64,000 nt of DNA from an uncultured Sulfolobales archaeon (GTDB taxonomy: Archaea; Thermoproteota; Thermoprotei_A; Sulfolobales; NBVN01): the NCBI GenBank assembly GCA_938073905.1, contig CALJEN010000005.1, positions 347,363 through 411,362 on the forward strand, written 5' to 3'. The translations under genes were made by a program, and so were the position numbers. Positions 16,876 through 25,956 of the stretch are shown piece after piece. Within the stretch, counting starts at the first letter, position 1, and the number at the start of each line of letters is the position of its first letter. Below the pieces are notes generated by a model. The model was not told the DNA's origin and did no database searches. It saw nothing but the letters and a program-made list of their open reading frames with translations.

Positions 16876-17160
16876 TTGAGCGGGCCGAGCGTAGGCAAGG
16901 ACCAGATAAACGAGATGAAGCTGAACCAGGTCGTCACGATGCTCAACAGAATCATCGTAGACTCCGGGATCCCCAGGAACATAAGGAGGGCCGCCTTCGA
17001 GGCTCTGAAGATGCTCAACGACAAGTCTCTCTCGCCCGGAGTGAGGGCTGCCAACGCCGTGAGCGTGCTGGACGAGATAAGCCAGGACCCGAACATGCCC
17101 TCCTACGCCAGGACGCTGATATGGAACATAATCGCGGTGCTCTCGAGTGTCAGGGACTAG
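16876..17160 (+). CDS. UPF0147-family small protein
   Basis: 94 aa. IPRNIRRAAFEALKML...RAANAVSVLDEISQDPNMPSYARTLIWNII matches my memory of the conserved archaeal UPF0147 family. Confidence 0.7.
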   Translation: MSGPSVGKDQINEMKLNQVVTMLNRIIVDSGIPRNIRRAAFEALKMLNDKSLSPGVRAANAVSVLDEISQDPNMPSYARTLIWNIIAVLSSVRD

Positions 17161-17174
17161 GAAGGGTAGGGGCT

Positions 17175-18590
17175 TTGGGCGTCAGGGTTAGAGTGCGCGG
17201 CATCTACTCTACCGCTGTCTCCAAGATCCTCCACGACGAGGGGTTCACGCTAGTCGACCTCAGCGACGTCCTGGCCAAGAGGCTCGACCTGCCGGCCAAC
17301 AGGGGACTCCCTGCAGACGTCACCGTCAAGACTGACAACGACGATACCTCTAAGATACTCGTAATAGGGTACTCCGACCACGCCGAGGCCGTGGCCAAGA
17401 CCCTGATGGAGTATATCCCAGAGACCATCACCTACGTCCCGCCTGTGGGACTCTACGCTACCATGACGGTCTTCGTGGAAGGCGTGAGGGACGGTAAGTG
17501 TTTCGTGAAGACGCCCTACGGGCTCGCCGAGATGGTGGAGTACCGGGAGTGTAGGGAGGGCGCTCTCATCCCAGCGTCGGTGATCAAGGTTCCCGTGCGG
17601 CCGGGCGAGCGGATGGTCGTGGTGCCGGGGGTAAGGGTGGTGGGAGACTTCGCGGTAGTCTGGAAGAGCTCCAGAGTGCTCTTCAGCCCCCACCTGAAGA
17701 ACAGGGACAGGATATCCGAGCTGCTCTCCATTTCGTCTCAGTACGTGAGGAGGGGGGTGGGCATCAAGTGGAGGAGCAACGCGGACGAGGCGGATATGGA
17801 GGCCGTAGCCGCGGAGCTCCCGCGGCTCGTCGAGCAGCTCAAGGCTCTCGAGGAGAGGGTGAGCAGCGTGAGAGAGGTCTCCGTGGTGACCGGGGGTCAG
17901 AAGATAGTATCGATGCACCTCACGTACGACGCTAAGATGCGCCTAGACGAGGTGAGGAGGTCGATCGCACCGACGGCCGACTACCACCACCTAATAAAGT
18001 CCTCCAAGAGCCTCTACCGCGACGTGGCTGAGCTGCTGGACGAGCTCTCGACGCACGTGGATAGGGAGACCCTGAGGAGGATCACGAGGAAGTTCGTAGC
18101 GAGGACGGTCGAGGAGGTCCAGGAGCTCGCGATAAACCATAGGACCCTCGACGGCGAGAGCCTAAAGCTCGGCACGGCCAGGATCGTCGAGCTCGGCTAT
18201 AGCAACGGATTCAGGCTGATCCTGGAAAGGAGGGTCAGGAGCAGCGGTCTCTACGACGGCATCGGGGTCAGGAAGGACGCCGGCGACATCATCAAGACCA
18301 CCGTGGTAGAGGGAGTCCCCTACGTGGTCCACCAGTACTTCAGCAGCAGCGGGGAGCTCAAGGGGGTCTACGCCAACATTAACACGAAGCCCGAAATAAT
18401 AGTCCCCCACATCGTGGAGTACGTAGACCTGGTCGTAGACCTCGTGAAAGCCCGGGACGGTCCCTGCGAGCTTGTCGACCAGGAGGAGTTTAGGTCTTAT
18501 GCGATGAGCTCATCGATCATCATCGGCCAGGGGATTTACGAGTACGTGGTCGGAGCCCTGGACTCCCTTCTCGAAGAGTATTGCACCTGA
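17175..18590 (+). CDS. fau-1: FAU-1 family RNA-binding protein / probable ribonuclease
   Basis: The N-terminus (L)GVRVRVRGIYSTAVSKILHDEGF matches Pyrococcus FAU-1, and the length is about 471 aa. TTG 17175 is chosen. The 16725 ORF start only adds an R/P-rich extension that crosses the UPF0147 gene. Confidence 0.78.
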   Translation: MGVRVRVRGIYSTAVSKILHDEGFTLVDLSDVLAKRLDLPANRGLPADVTVKTDNDDTSKILVIGYSDHAEAVAKTLMEYIPETITYVPPVGLYATMTVFVEGVRDGKCFVKTPYGLAEMVEYRECREGALIPASVIKVPVRPGERMVVVPGVRVVGDFAVVWKSSRVLFSPHLKNRDRISELLSISSQYVRRGVGIKWRSNADEADMEAVAAELPRLVEQLKALEERVSSVREVSVVTGGQKIVSMHLTYDAKMRLDEVRRSIAPTADYHHLIKSSKSLYRDVAELLDELSTHVDRETLRRITRKFVARTVEEVQELAINHRTLDGESLKLGTARIVELGYSNGFRLILERRVRSSGLYDGIGVRKDAGDIIKTTVVEGVPYVVHQYFSSSGELKGVYANINTKPEIIVPHIVEYVDLVVDLVKARDGPCELVDQEEFRSYAMSSSIIIGQGIYEYVVGALDSLLEEYCT

Positions 18591-19091
18591 GAACCACGTG
18601 CTGAATCTGAGCCCACTCGTTTTCCCCGTGCGGATGCCCGCCCCCATCCGCCGGGAGCTCTACCGCGAGCGGTGCGCGGTATGGGAAGAGGCTGGAGCCG
18701 GAGTCCGGAGCCTGGCTACGCCCAATAGAATACTGGAGCGGGATCGGTTCGAGCGGTGCCACTTCACTTCCAAGACCTTGTGGAGCATCGGGAACGCGGT
18801 AACGCCAATGATTATCTATGCCGCGAGGACCGCGCAGTAGTGGACCGCCTTCCTCTCCACGGTGGTCTAGAGGGCTGACATTGTGAACGCACCGAAGATA
18901 GCGGTGGTGCGGATAGCCAACCTCCACTATAGCGAGGGCCTTGGAGCGCGCTGCCTCAAATCACGAGAGGATGGAGCCCCCTCGAGAGACCGCCGGAGAA
19001 CCGAGGTGGTCGATCCCCTAGCCACGCGCTAGCTCGACCTGACGAGCGCCTTCCAGGATTTATTACATTCCTCCTGCCACGAGAGCGAATC

Positions 19092-20111
19092 TCATGGGCT
19101 GGCCGGAGAGGCTCCATCCCGCGAGTATCCTCCGAGCTCGAGTCCCAACTTCTCCTCGAGCACCTTGACGACTCTCTCGACCACCCTCGGCAGCTCCAGT
19201 GACGCGTCCACGAGTACCAGCTGACCCCTCGACACGAGGTCAAGGTATATCTCGCGGGCCCTCCTAACCCTTTCCGCCTCCTCGAAGTATGCGAGGGGCC
19301 TCGAACCGCTCGCCGCCTTCCTCCTCAGGCCCTCTCCTGGCTCCACGTCTAGGTAGATCCCGACGTCCGGGTCGGGCAGGTACCTCTGGAGCTCCCGAAG
19401 CCACTCCACGGAAAGTCCGACCGCGCCCTGGTAGGCCATCGTCGAGTGCTTGTACCTATCCAGGATCACCACGCTCCCCCTCTCCACCTCCCTCCTGACC
19501 ACCGCCTCGTAGTGGGCGTACCTGTCGGCGACCAGCAGCAGGGCCTCGACAACCGGCGACAGCTCCATAGACTTGGTTTCGAATATCGACCTCACCGCGT
19601 CGTAGTAGGGCTCGTAGGTGTAGACCGTCCTGAAGCCGCACCTCTCGAGGAGCTCGCGGAGGTGCCTCGCGACCGTGGTCTTGCCGGCGCCGTCTATACC
19701 CTCGATGGCTACCAGGAGCCCCCGGAACCTCAGCCTGCCGGACTCCACGCAGGCGTACCTGAGGCCCTCCCTGTAGAGCTTCTCTACGTCCGTCAGGCTG
19801 TCGACTCTATAGAGGGGTATGCCGGAGACCACGGCCGAGGCCACGACGTTGGCGTCGAGCTGCTCCACGATGAGGGCTCTGGGCGCCATCCCCCTCTTCT
19901 TCAGCGAGTAGACCACGTACGGCCCGACGGTGCTTCCGGTGAAGCCCCTGACGGCCACCAACTTGTTCCTCAGCGAGGGGCCGCCCCTCAGGCGGCCGGT
20001 CGCGGGGTCTACGTCCCCGAGGGGGGACACGAGGCCGCTGTAGACTGCGAGCTCTCCGCACACCGCCTCTTCGGGAGTCCTGCCGACCGGGTGGAGTGGA
20101 ATCTCAGTCAT
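19092..20111 (-). CDS. tmk: Fusion protein: aconitase-X small/swivel domain (DUF126, phosphomevalonate dehydratase small subunit-like) + thymidylate kinase
   Basis: Residues 1-130 (LVAVRGFTGSTVGPYVVYSLKKRGMAPRALIV...) look like DUF126. Residues 131-339 carry the dTMP kinase P-loop VAIEGIDGAGKTT and the DRY motif LVADRYAHY. It is a single uninterrupted ORF, and its ATG overlaps the upstream stop by 8 nt. Confidence 0.8.
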   Translation of the reverse strand: MTEIPLHPVGRTPEEAVCGELAVYSGLVSPLGDVDPATGRLRGGPSLRNKLVAVRGFTGSTVGPYVVYSLKKRGMAPRALIVEQLDANVVASAVVSGIPLYRVDSLTDVEKLYREGLRYACVESGRLRFRGLLVAIEGIDGAGKTTVARHLRELLERCGFRTVYTYEPYYDAVRSIFETKSMELSPVVEALLLVADRYAHYEAVVRREVERGSVVILDRYKHSTMAYQGAVGLSVEWLRELQRYLPDPDVGIYLDVEPGEGLRRKAASGSRPLAYFEEAERVRRAREIYLDLVSRGQLVLVDASLELPRVVERVVKVLEEKLGLELGGYSRDGASPASP

Positions 20112-21264
20112 GGCCGGGCACCATCCTGAGCAGGTCCCTCCTCCTCACCAGGAAAGCCCTCACTCCGGCTAGCTTGGGCAGGTATGCGAGGGCCTTGGCG
20201 GAGTCCGTTATCACGCAGTCCACTCCCAGGAGGTCTAGCCTCGTGGTCACCGCGCAGGCTCCGGTGAGTATCTTCACCCCCTCCGCGAGCCTCGCCTCCG
20301 CGAGGTAACGCCCGTGCTGCTCCCCGACGGTCAGCCAGAGCTCCCCCCTCTCGACTCTCCTCGCTTCACGCAGCACGCTCTCGAGCTCCTCGAGGGACAG
20401 GTGGGGGCACCCGATCAGGTAGATGGGCGAGCTGCAGTCCCTAGCCTCCGAGTACAGCCTGGATATCTCGGACCTCCCGAGCGACACTCTCTCGGCACCC
20501 TCTGCGCTGACGCCTCGGTAGCCCGGGGTCACGCCATCTAGAACCGCCAGGTGCGACGGCGAGCTGGTGGCGAATGCCGCTAGAAACTCCTTGAGGAAGC
20601 CCTCGGGAAGGCTCTCCAGACCCCTGACCAGAGGCACCGAGCCCCCCAGGAGCTCGCCGGCGAGGAGCCCGTATGCCCCGGCCTCGGAGGGGTCGCCGGG
20701 CCTCTCGACCTCCACCACGTACTTCACCTCTTTGGGGAGCCCCCTGTGAGCCTCCCCGAAGTACGTTCGGCCGGAGATCCCGGCCATGAGAGCCACGAGC
20801 CCCGGCTCCCTGTTGGTCATGGCTCCGAGCAAGCTGTTGGCGTAGAGCACGGCGCTGCTCTCGGCCCAGGCCAGGTGCTCCCCAGCTCTCGGAGTCCTCA
20901 CGTAGTACGGAGCGCAGGTGAAGCTGGAGACCCCCATGCTCCTCAGCGCTTCGACTATCCTCATCTGCTTAGCGTTCAAGCTCTCGTCGAAGCTCCTAGA
21001 GCCATAGGTCGCTAGGGCGGCGTAGGGGTTGGCGGTCGCGAACACGGCGAATCTGGCTCCGGCCCTGAGCATGTCCTCGATGAACTCCAGACCGGGCTCC
21101 CCCACGTTGAAGTAGGAGACCCCGGACACGTGAGCGTGAGCGATCTCGATGAGCCTCTCGGCTCCCAGGGCCTCCCCCACGCGCACCAGCAGCTCGATGG
21201 CCTTGGCCGCGGGCTCTCCCAGCTCTCCGGAGAGCATCCTCTCCTCTTCCCTGGTCAGGTACAT
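20104..21264 (-). CDS. Aconitase-X catalytic subunit (DUF521), phosphomevalonate dehydratase large subunit-like
   Basis: MYLTREEERMLSGELGEPAAKAIELLVRVGEALGAERLIEIAHAHVSG is the DUF521 N-terminus. ATG 21264 is chosen. The ORF extension to 21447 is R/G/P-rich and overlaps the UbiD gene. Confidence 0.8.
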   Translation of the reverse strand: MYLTREEERMLSGELGEPAAKAIELLVRVGEALGAERLIEIAHAHVSGVSYFNVGEPGLEFIEDMLRAGARFAVFATANPYAALATYGSRSFDESLNAKQMRIVEALRSMGVSSFTCAPYYVRTPRAGEHLAWAESSAVLYANSLLGAMTNREPGLVALMAGISGRTYFGEAHRGLPKEVKYVVEVERPGDPSEAGAYGLLAGELLGGSVPLVRGLESLPEGFLKEFLAAFATSSPSHLAVLDGVTPGYRGVSAEGAERVSLGRSEISRLYSEARDCSSPIYLIGCPHLSLEELESVLREARRVERGELWLTVGEQHGRYLAEARLAEGVKILTGACAVTTRLDLLGVDCVITDSAKALAYLPKLAGVRAFLVRRRDLLRMVPGHD

Positions 21265-21278
21265 GGGGTCACCCGGGG

Positions 21279-22574
21279 CTAGAGCCTGGGCCTCGTGAAG
21301 AGCTCCCGGCGGTTCAGGGGAGCGGTGGCGTCTATTCCCATCTTGTCGGTCAGCCCGTCCTCGGAGCTCGGGTCTAGGGTCGACCCCCTGGCGCTCCTCA
21401 CCACCACGAGCCCCCTGCTCGCCTGGAACCTGGTGGCTATCGCCCACTCGACCTCCTCCGGGTTGTCGGGGTCTACGTCCTCGTCGACGACTACGACGTG
21501 CTTGAGGCTCGGGTGGGCGGCGAACGCCGCCATCATTGCCGTCTTGCCGTCTCCCTCACTCTCCTTAGATATCGATACGACCGCGTGGAGCCACATGCAC
21601 CCGCCCCTGGTCAGCCTGACCTTCACTACCTTCGGAACCGCCCTCTTGACCGCCTCCCATATAGCTGCCTCCCTGGGGAACCCCATCAGCAGGAAGTGCT
21701 CGGCCCCTCCGGGGAGTATGGTGTGGAAGTACTCGATGTCCCTGGACACGTATATCCTGTCCACCACCAAGACCGGCTGATCCCGGACCCTGTCGGGAAG
21801 CCCGAGGATGTCCACGAACGGACCCTCCTTCACCAGGCTGCCGGTTATCCTGCCCTCGAGGACCACCGAAGCTCGCGCTGGGACCGGGAGGCCGTACAAG
21901 GGCGTGTGCACGACCTCGAGGGGGCTCCCGCCCAGCTTCTCCACGAGCTCTAGCTCGAAGACGCCGTAGGGTGGGGACACCGACGAGGCGAGCTCGACGA
22001 GGGGGTGGGCCCCGACGACCACCGCCACCCTGGTGTCCGAGCCCGACCGCCTGTTCAGCTCGTGAATCCTGTAGAGGTGACGGGGGACCAGCCTTATGGC
22101 GAAGCTGCGCTCGTCCAGCACCATGAGCCTGTGTATGGACGCGTTGTGCGAGTCGGCGACGTCGGGAGTCTTGGCGATTACTATGGACGAGGTAACGTAC
22201 CTCCCGCCGTCGATGCTGTAGAACCTTATCGCGGGGAGGGAGGCCAGAGACCCCTCGAAGGGCCTAAAGAAATCGCTGAACTCTAGCACCTTGAAGCCTC
22301 CTGAAGCCCTGCTGCTGAGAGCCGCGGAGAGCTTGGAGTACGCTTCCTCGTCTCTACTCACTCCGAGGAGCTCATAGAGCTTCTCCCTAGTGTTGATGAC
22401 CCCTCCGACGCACTCCAGCTCTGAGCCTCTCACCCGGAATATGACCGTGGACCCAGTCCTGTCGGCCTCGATGAGGTGCCTCGTCGGCTCCGCGTCGGGA
22501 TTCAGCTCTCCGGCTATCCTTCTGACGTAGCCCCTGTCTTCCTGGGCCTCCACCACCCGAGCTAGGGAGTACAT
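21279..22574 (-). CDS. UbiD-family decarboxylase (anhydromevalonate-phosphate decarboxylase-like)
   Basis: 431 aa from ATG 22574. UbiD hallmarks are present: IDGGRYVTSSIVIAKTPD..HNASIHRL, EGPFVD, THxxLPGG. It is adjacent to the aconitase-X subunits. Confidence 0.8.
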   Translation of the reverse strand: MYSLARVVEAQEDRGYVRRIAGELNPDAEPTRHLIEADRTGSTVIFRVRGSELECVGGVINTREKLYELLGVSRDEEAYSKLSAALSSRASGGFKVLEFSDFFRPFEGSLASLPAIRFYSIDGGRYVTSSIVIAKTPDVADSHNASIHRLMVLDERSFAIRLVPRHLYRIHELNRRSGSDTRVAVVVGAHPLVELASSVSPPYGVFELELVEKLGGSPLEVVHTPLYGLPVPARASVVLEGRITGSLVKEGPFVDILGLPDRVRDQPVLVVDRIYVSRDIEYFHTILPGGAEHFLLMGFPREAAIWEAVKRAVPKVVKVRLTRGGCMWLHAVVSISKESEGDGKTAMMAAFAAHPSLKHVVVVDEDVDPDNPEEVEWAIATRFQASRGLVVVRSARGSTLDPSSEDGLTDKMGIDATAPLNRRELFTRPRL

Positions 22575-23857
22575 CTCACCACCCTGCCTACCTCCTCGAA
22601 GTTCTCGCTGAGTCTTACCCTGCCGACGACTATGCCCCTTATCTCCCCCTCCCACGGAGTTAAGATGCTCAACTCCCGGGACTCGAACTCCGCGCTCCAG
22701 ATTATCCCGACGCCCGCCTCGCGCATACCATCCCCCAAGAGCCCCACCAATGCCCCCTTGATGTCGTCGGGGCTTAACACCACGATCCTTCCGGACTCCG
22801 CGGGACTCGCGCGGGGGATCGAGAGCTCTCCGGAGGCCACCACGTATAGCGTGTCTCCCACTCTAGACGAGTAGAGCACTCTCTCCAGCTCGCTGTCGGA
22901 GAGACCGAGGGCTCCGGCTAGCTCATCCCTGGAGACCGGGCGTCCAGAGAGGAAGCACGCACCGAACAGAGCCACCCCACCTAGCTTCACTCTCCTAATC
23001 CTCCCTCTACTAAAGTACTTCCTGTACGCCTGAGTCCTCAGCTCGCGCCTCTCCTCCCTACTCCTCTCGCGCACGATCGCTGGTCTCCGGATGCGCACGA
23101 CCTCGGCCTGCCCGCCGATGCTCCTGGAGAGGCATTCGTACACGTCCTCGCCAGTGACTACCACCACGTCGGGCCTCACCCACCTGGCTATCGCTAGCTT
23201 GTGCTCTATCCCGGAGGGGCTGCCGACCCAGCCGTCCGTGTTCAGGACTACAGCGTCGAAGCCCGCCCTAGCGGCCTCGTCCACCAGCTCTCTGAGGGCC
23301 ATTATGCTCTCGGAATAGCAGTACTGCGGGGAGGTACAGCCCACGAACCTCAACGATACCGGTTCGAGCTCCCTTAACCATATGACGGGTCTCGAGACCT
23401 CCGCCAGTGCTATCGTGGTCGGGATCAGGACGTCCTCCTGCCCCACGTCGCCCTCCACGACCCCTACTCTGAGCCCGGCCTCCCTCAAGCGGTTGGCCAG
23501 GAACGCCGTAAAGGTGGTCTTCCCGGACTCGGGCGGGCCGACCACCAGGACACTGCACTGTCTCCTCTCCAAGCACCTCCTCACGATGTACTCGGAGGCG
23601 CTGAGCCAGTCGTCGACGACCTCCTCCCCCTCCCCGCACTCCTCGACCCTCGAGCCATCGCCGAGGGTAAGTCTTAGCTTAGCTGGCGAGAGAGCCTTGA
23701 TGCCATAGGACCTGAGCCTGTGGACCACGAAAGACGAACCCGCCGGGTACCTCGAGCCGACCGCCAAGACCGCGCCGGAGAGCACCTCGACTCTCGCCGG
23801 GCCGACGACCCTGATCACTCGACCCTCGCTCAGGGACACCTCGGTCGCCGAGCTCAA
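22562..23857 (-). CDS. Clp1/Grc3-like P-loop polynucleotide 5'-kinase family protein
   Basis: 431 aa. It has an N-terminal beta-rich domain, then the P-loop VLVVGPPESGKTTFTAFLANRL. The architecture resembles archaeal Clp1 homologues. TTG start. Confidence 0.62.
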   Translation of the reverse strand: MSSATEVSLSEGRVIRVVGPARVEVLSGAVLAVGSRYPAGSSFVVHRLRSYGIKALSPAKLRLTLGDGSRVEECGEGEEVVDDWLSASEYIVRRCLERRQCSVLVVGPPESGKTTFTAFLANRLREAGLRVGVVEGDVGQEDVLIPTTIALAEVSRPVIWLRELEPVSLRFVGCTSPQYCYSESIMALRELVDEAARAGFDAVVLNTDGWVGSPSGIEHKLAIARWVRPDVVVVTGEDVYECLSRSIGGQAEVVRIRRPAIVRERSREERRELRTQAYRKYFSRGRIRRVKLGGVALFGACFLSGRPVSRDELAGALGLSDSELERVLYSSRVGDTLYVVASGELSIPRASPAESGRIVVLSPDDIKGALVGLLGDGMREAGVGIIWSAEFESRELSILTPWEGEIRGIVVGRVRLSENFEEVGRVVRCTP

Positions 23858-23888
23858 CCGGTAGGCCCGTACAGCACACGCACCTGGA

Positions 23889-23901
23889 CTCTTTTAGCTT
23901 A
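23889..23901. promoter_or_regulatory. Shared AT-rich box (CTTTTAGCTTAAC) in the divergent clp1-like/ksgA spacer
   Basis: It is the only AT-rich element in the 59-nt spacer. It lies about 16-32 nt from TTG 23857 (minus strand) and CTG 23917 (plus strand). Confidence 0.35.
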
Positions 23902-24018
23902 ACCGGGCGACGCTAGCTGGGGGCGTTCACGAGCTCCTCGGAGGAGTGCCTAGAGCTGGAGAGGCTGCCGAGGCTCTTCAAGGAGTTCAGGCCCCTCAAG
24001 AGGCTGGGCCAGCACTTC

Positions 24019-24747
24019 ATGGTGGACTGCCGCCTAGCTCTGGAGGTCCTGGAGAGGCTCGGGGAGCTGTGCCCGGGAGGGGAGTGCTGCGTGTACGAGC
24101 TCGGACCGGGCCTGGGCTCTCTCACACTGTTCCTGAAGGGGCGCTCCAAGTACGTCCTCTGCGCGGAGATAGACGCTAGGTTCGTCGACTACCTGAGGAA
24201 GAGGTTCTCTGGAGACCTGGTAGACGTGGTGGCATCCGACGGCATACCACTAGTCCGCTCCCTGAGGGGGGACTGCGTCATGGTGTCCAACACTCCGTAC
24301 GTGGTGTCGTCCCGGGTAGTAGTGGCTCTGGTCAAGTCGTCCATCAGAAGCGCTGTTCTAGTGCTGCAGGACGACGTAGCTAGGAAGCTCGCAGCCGCTC
24401 CGGGAACGCGGGAGTACGGAAGGATATCGGCCTTCGTCCAGACGTTCATGAAGGTCAGGGTCTGCGGGAGGTACCCACCCGGGTCCTTCAGGCCGAGACC
24501 CAAGGTGTGGTCCGCGGTGGTGGTCCTCGAGAGGAGGAGAGAGTGGAGCGAGGGACTGAGGGGTTACGAGGAGTTTCTGAAGTGCCTCTTCAGCCAGCGG
24601 AAGCGCGTCCTGTCCAGGAGGCTCAAGGAGTGCGCGGGGAGAGTCCCCGAGGGCGACCTCTCCGGAATGAGGGTATTCAACGCGGGACCCGACCATCTGT
24701 TGCAGCTGTACGCAGTCACACTGGGGGGAGATGGGACCCTCGGTTAG
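24019..24747 (+). CDS. ksgA: 16S rRNA dimethyladenosine transferase KsgA/Dim1 (RsmA)
   Basis: SAM motif VYELGPGLGSLT, catalytic MVSNTPYVVSS, and YGRISAFVQ. The coordinates use the first ATG, but the conserved KRLGQHFMVD lies upstream of it, so the true start is probably between 23917 and 24004 (see findings). Confidence 0.85.
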   Translation: MVDCRLALEVLERLGELCPGGECCVYELGPGLGSLTLFLKGRSKYVLCAEIDARFVDYLRKRFSGDLVDVVASDGIPLVRSLRGDCVMVSNTPYVVSSRVVVALVKSSIRSAVLVLQDDVARKLAAAPGTREYGRISAFVQTFMKVRVCGRYPPGSFRPRPKVWSAVVVLERRREWSEGLRGYEEFLKCLFSQRKRVLSRRLKECAGRVPEGDLSGMRVFNAGPDHLLQLYAVTLGGDGTLG

Positions 24748-24789
24748 CACATGTCTACAAAAACTCGCGCGCTCCACAGCTCCCAGGTG

Positions 24790-25785
24790 CTAGAGGTACC
24801 TCTCCACCTCCGCGGCGTACTGGAACGCTATGGGGGTTCCGCCGGTGTGCACGAACACCACGGTGCTCCCCCTCTCGATAGTGCCCCTCCGGACGAGGTC
24901 GATGAGTCCGTACATGGCCTTCGCCGTGTAGACGGGGTCTAGGAGCATTCCTTCGGTCCTCGCCACGTACTTCATCACGTCCACCACCTCCGAAGTTATG
25001 ACCCCGTAGCCACCGAAGGCGTACTCGTCGTACACCACGAAGTCGTCCTCCGAGGCCCTCAGGTCTACGCCGAGCATCCTCGAGGTCGAGTTGAAGAGGT
25101 CTACCAGCCTCCTGACGACCTCCGGAGACCTCCTGCCGTTCGAGATCCCCAGGACCTTTACGTCTGAGGCCCCGAGCAGCCTGAGCCCGAGCGTCAGGCC
25201 GGCCTGGGTAGCTCCGGTGCCCGTGGCGTGCACTATGTACTTGGGTCTGACCCCGAGGGACAGGGACTGCTGGAGTATCTCGAGGGCTGCTAGCGCATAG
25301 CCCAGCACCCCCAGCTCGGAGGCTCCCCCCACCGGGATCACGTAGGGGTTCCTCCCCTCGGCTCTGAGCTTCTCGGCCAGCCCGAGCATCGCCTCGTCGG
25401 CCTCCTCGACCCTGTCTACCGGGACTAGCCTCGCTCCGAGGAGCCTATCCAGGAGCACGTTGCCCTGGTTCGCGAGGCTCCCCGGCGGCGTGATCACCGC
25501 GTACACGTCTAGGCCGAACTTCCTTGCGGCAGCCGCCGTGAGCCTCACGTGGTTGGAGTGCGTGGCCCCCCGGGTTATCAGCACGTCGCACCTCCTGTTG
25601 AGCGCGTCGGCCAGTATGAACTCGAGCTTCCGGACTTTGTTGCCGCCTAGGCAGAGCTCCATTACGTCGTCTCTCTTTACGAGCAGCTCGATCCCGAGCT
25701 CTCCACTCAGCCTCGCGGCTCTCTCCATGGGTGTAGGTAGGGAGGTTAGTCTGCATCTGGGGTACGAGAGCACTTTCCAGATCAT
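24790..25785 (-). CDS. PLP-dependent ACC deaminase / D-cysteine desulfhydrase family protein
   Basis: 331 aa. TPMERAARLS...LLVKRDD...GGNKVRKLEFILADAL and the GGASELG motifs are typical of this family. Confidence 0.85.
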   Translation of the reverse strand: MIWKVLSYPRCRLTSLPTPMERAARLSGELGIELLVKRDDVMELCLGGNKVRKLEFILADALNRRCDVLITRGATHSNHVRLTAAAARKFGLDVYAVITPPGSLANQGNVLLDRLLGARLVPVDRVEEADEAMLGLAEKLRAEGRNPYVIPVGGASELGVLGYALAALEILQQSLSLGVRPKYIVHATGTGATQAGLTLGLRLLGASDVKVLGISNGRRSPEVVRRLVDLFNSTSRMLGVDLRASEDDFVVYDEYAFGGYGVITSEVVDVMKYVARTEGMLLDPVYTAKAMYGLIDLVRRGTIERGSTVVFVHTGGTPIAFQYAAEVERYL

Positions 25786-25956
25786 TAGAGTGCCCGCACT
25801 ACCTAGTCGCAGAGCAAAAAAGACCTGGTTCCCCGAAAGGACATGGCGGCAGTTCCCAGCTAGCGCGGTCTAGAGAGCGCCATGCCTCAGCGCGAAGGTC
25901 GCCTAGTCCGACTTCAGACGGCGTGGATGGCCGCGGAGCGACACCAAACGGCGACC

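Noticed and set aside
16725-17174. N-terminal extension of the FAU-1 ORF
   Set aside because: It is R/P/A-rich and crosses the UPF0147 gene in another frame. The conserved FAU-1 N-terminus (RVRVRGIYST) begins right after TTG 17175.
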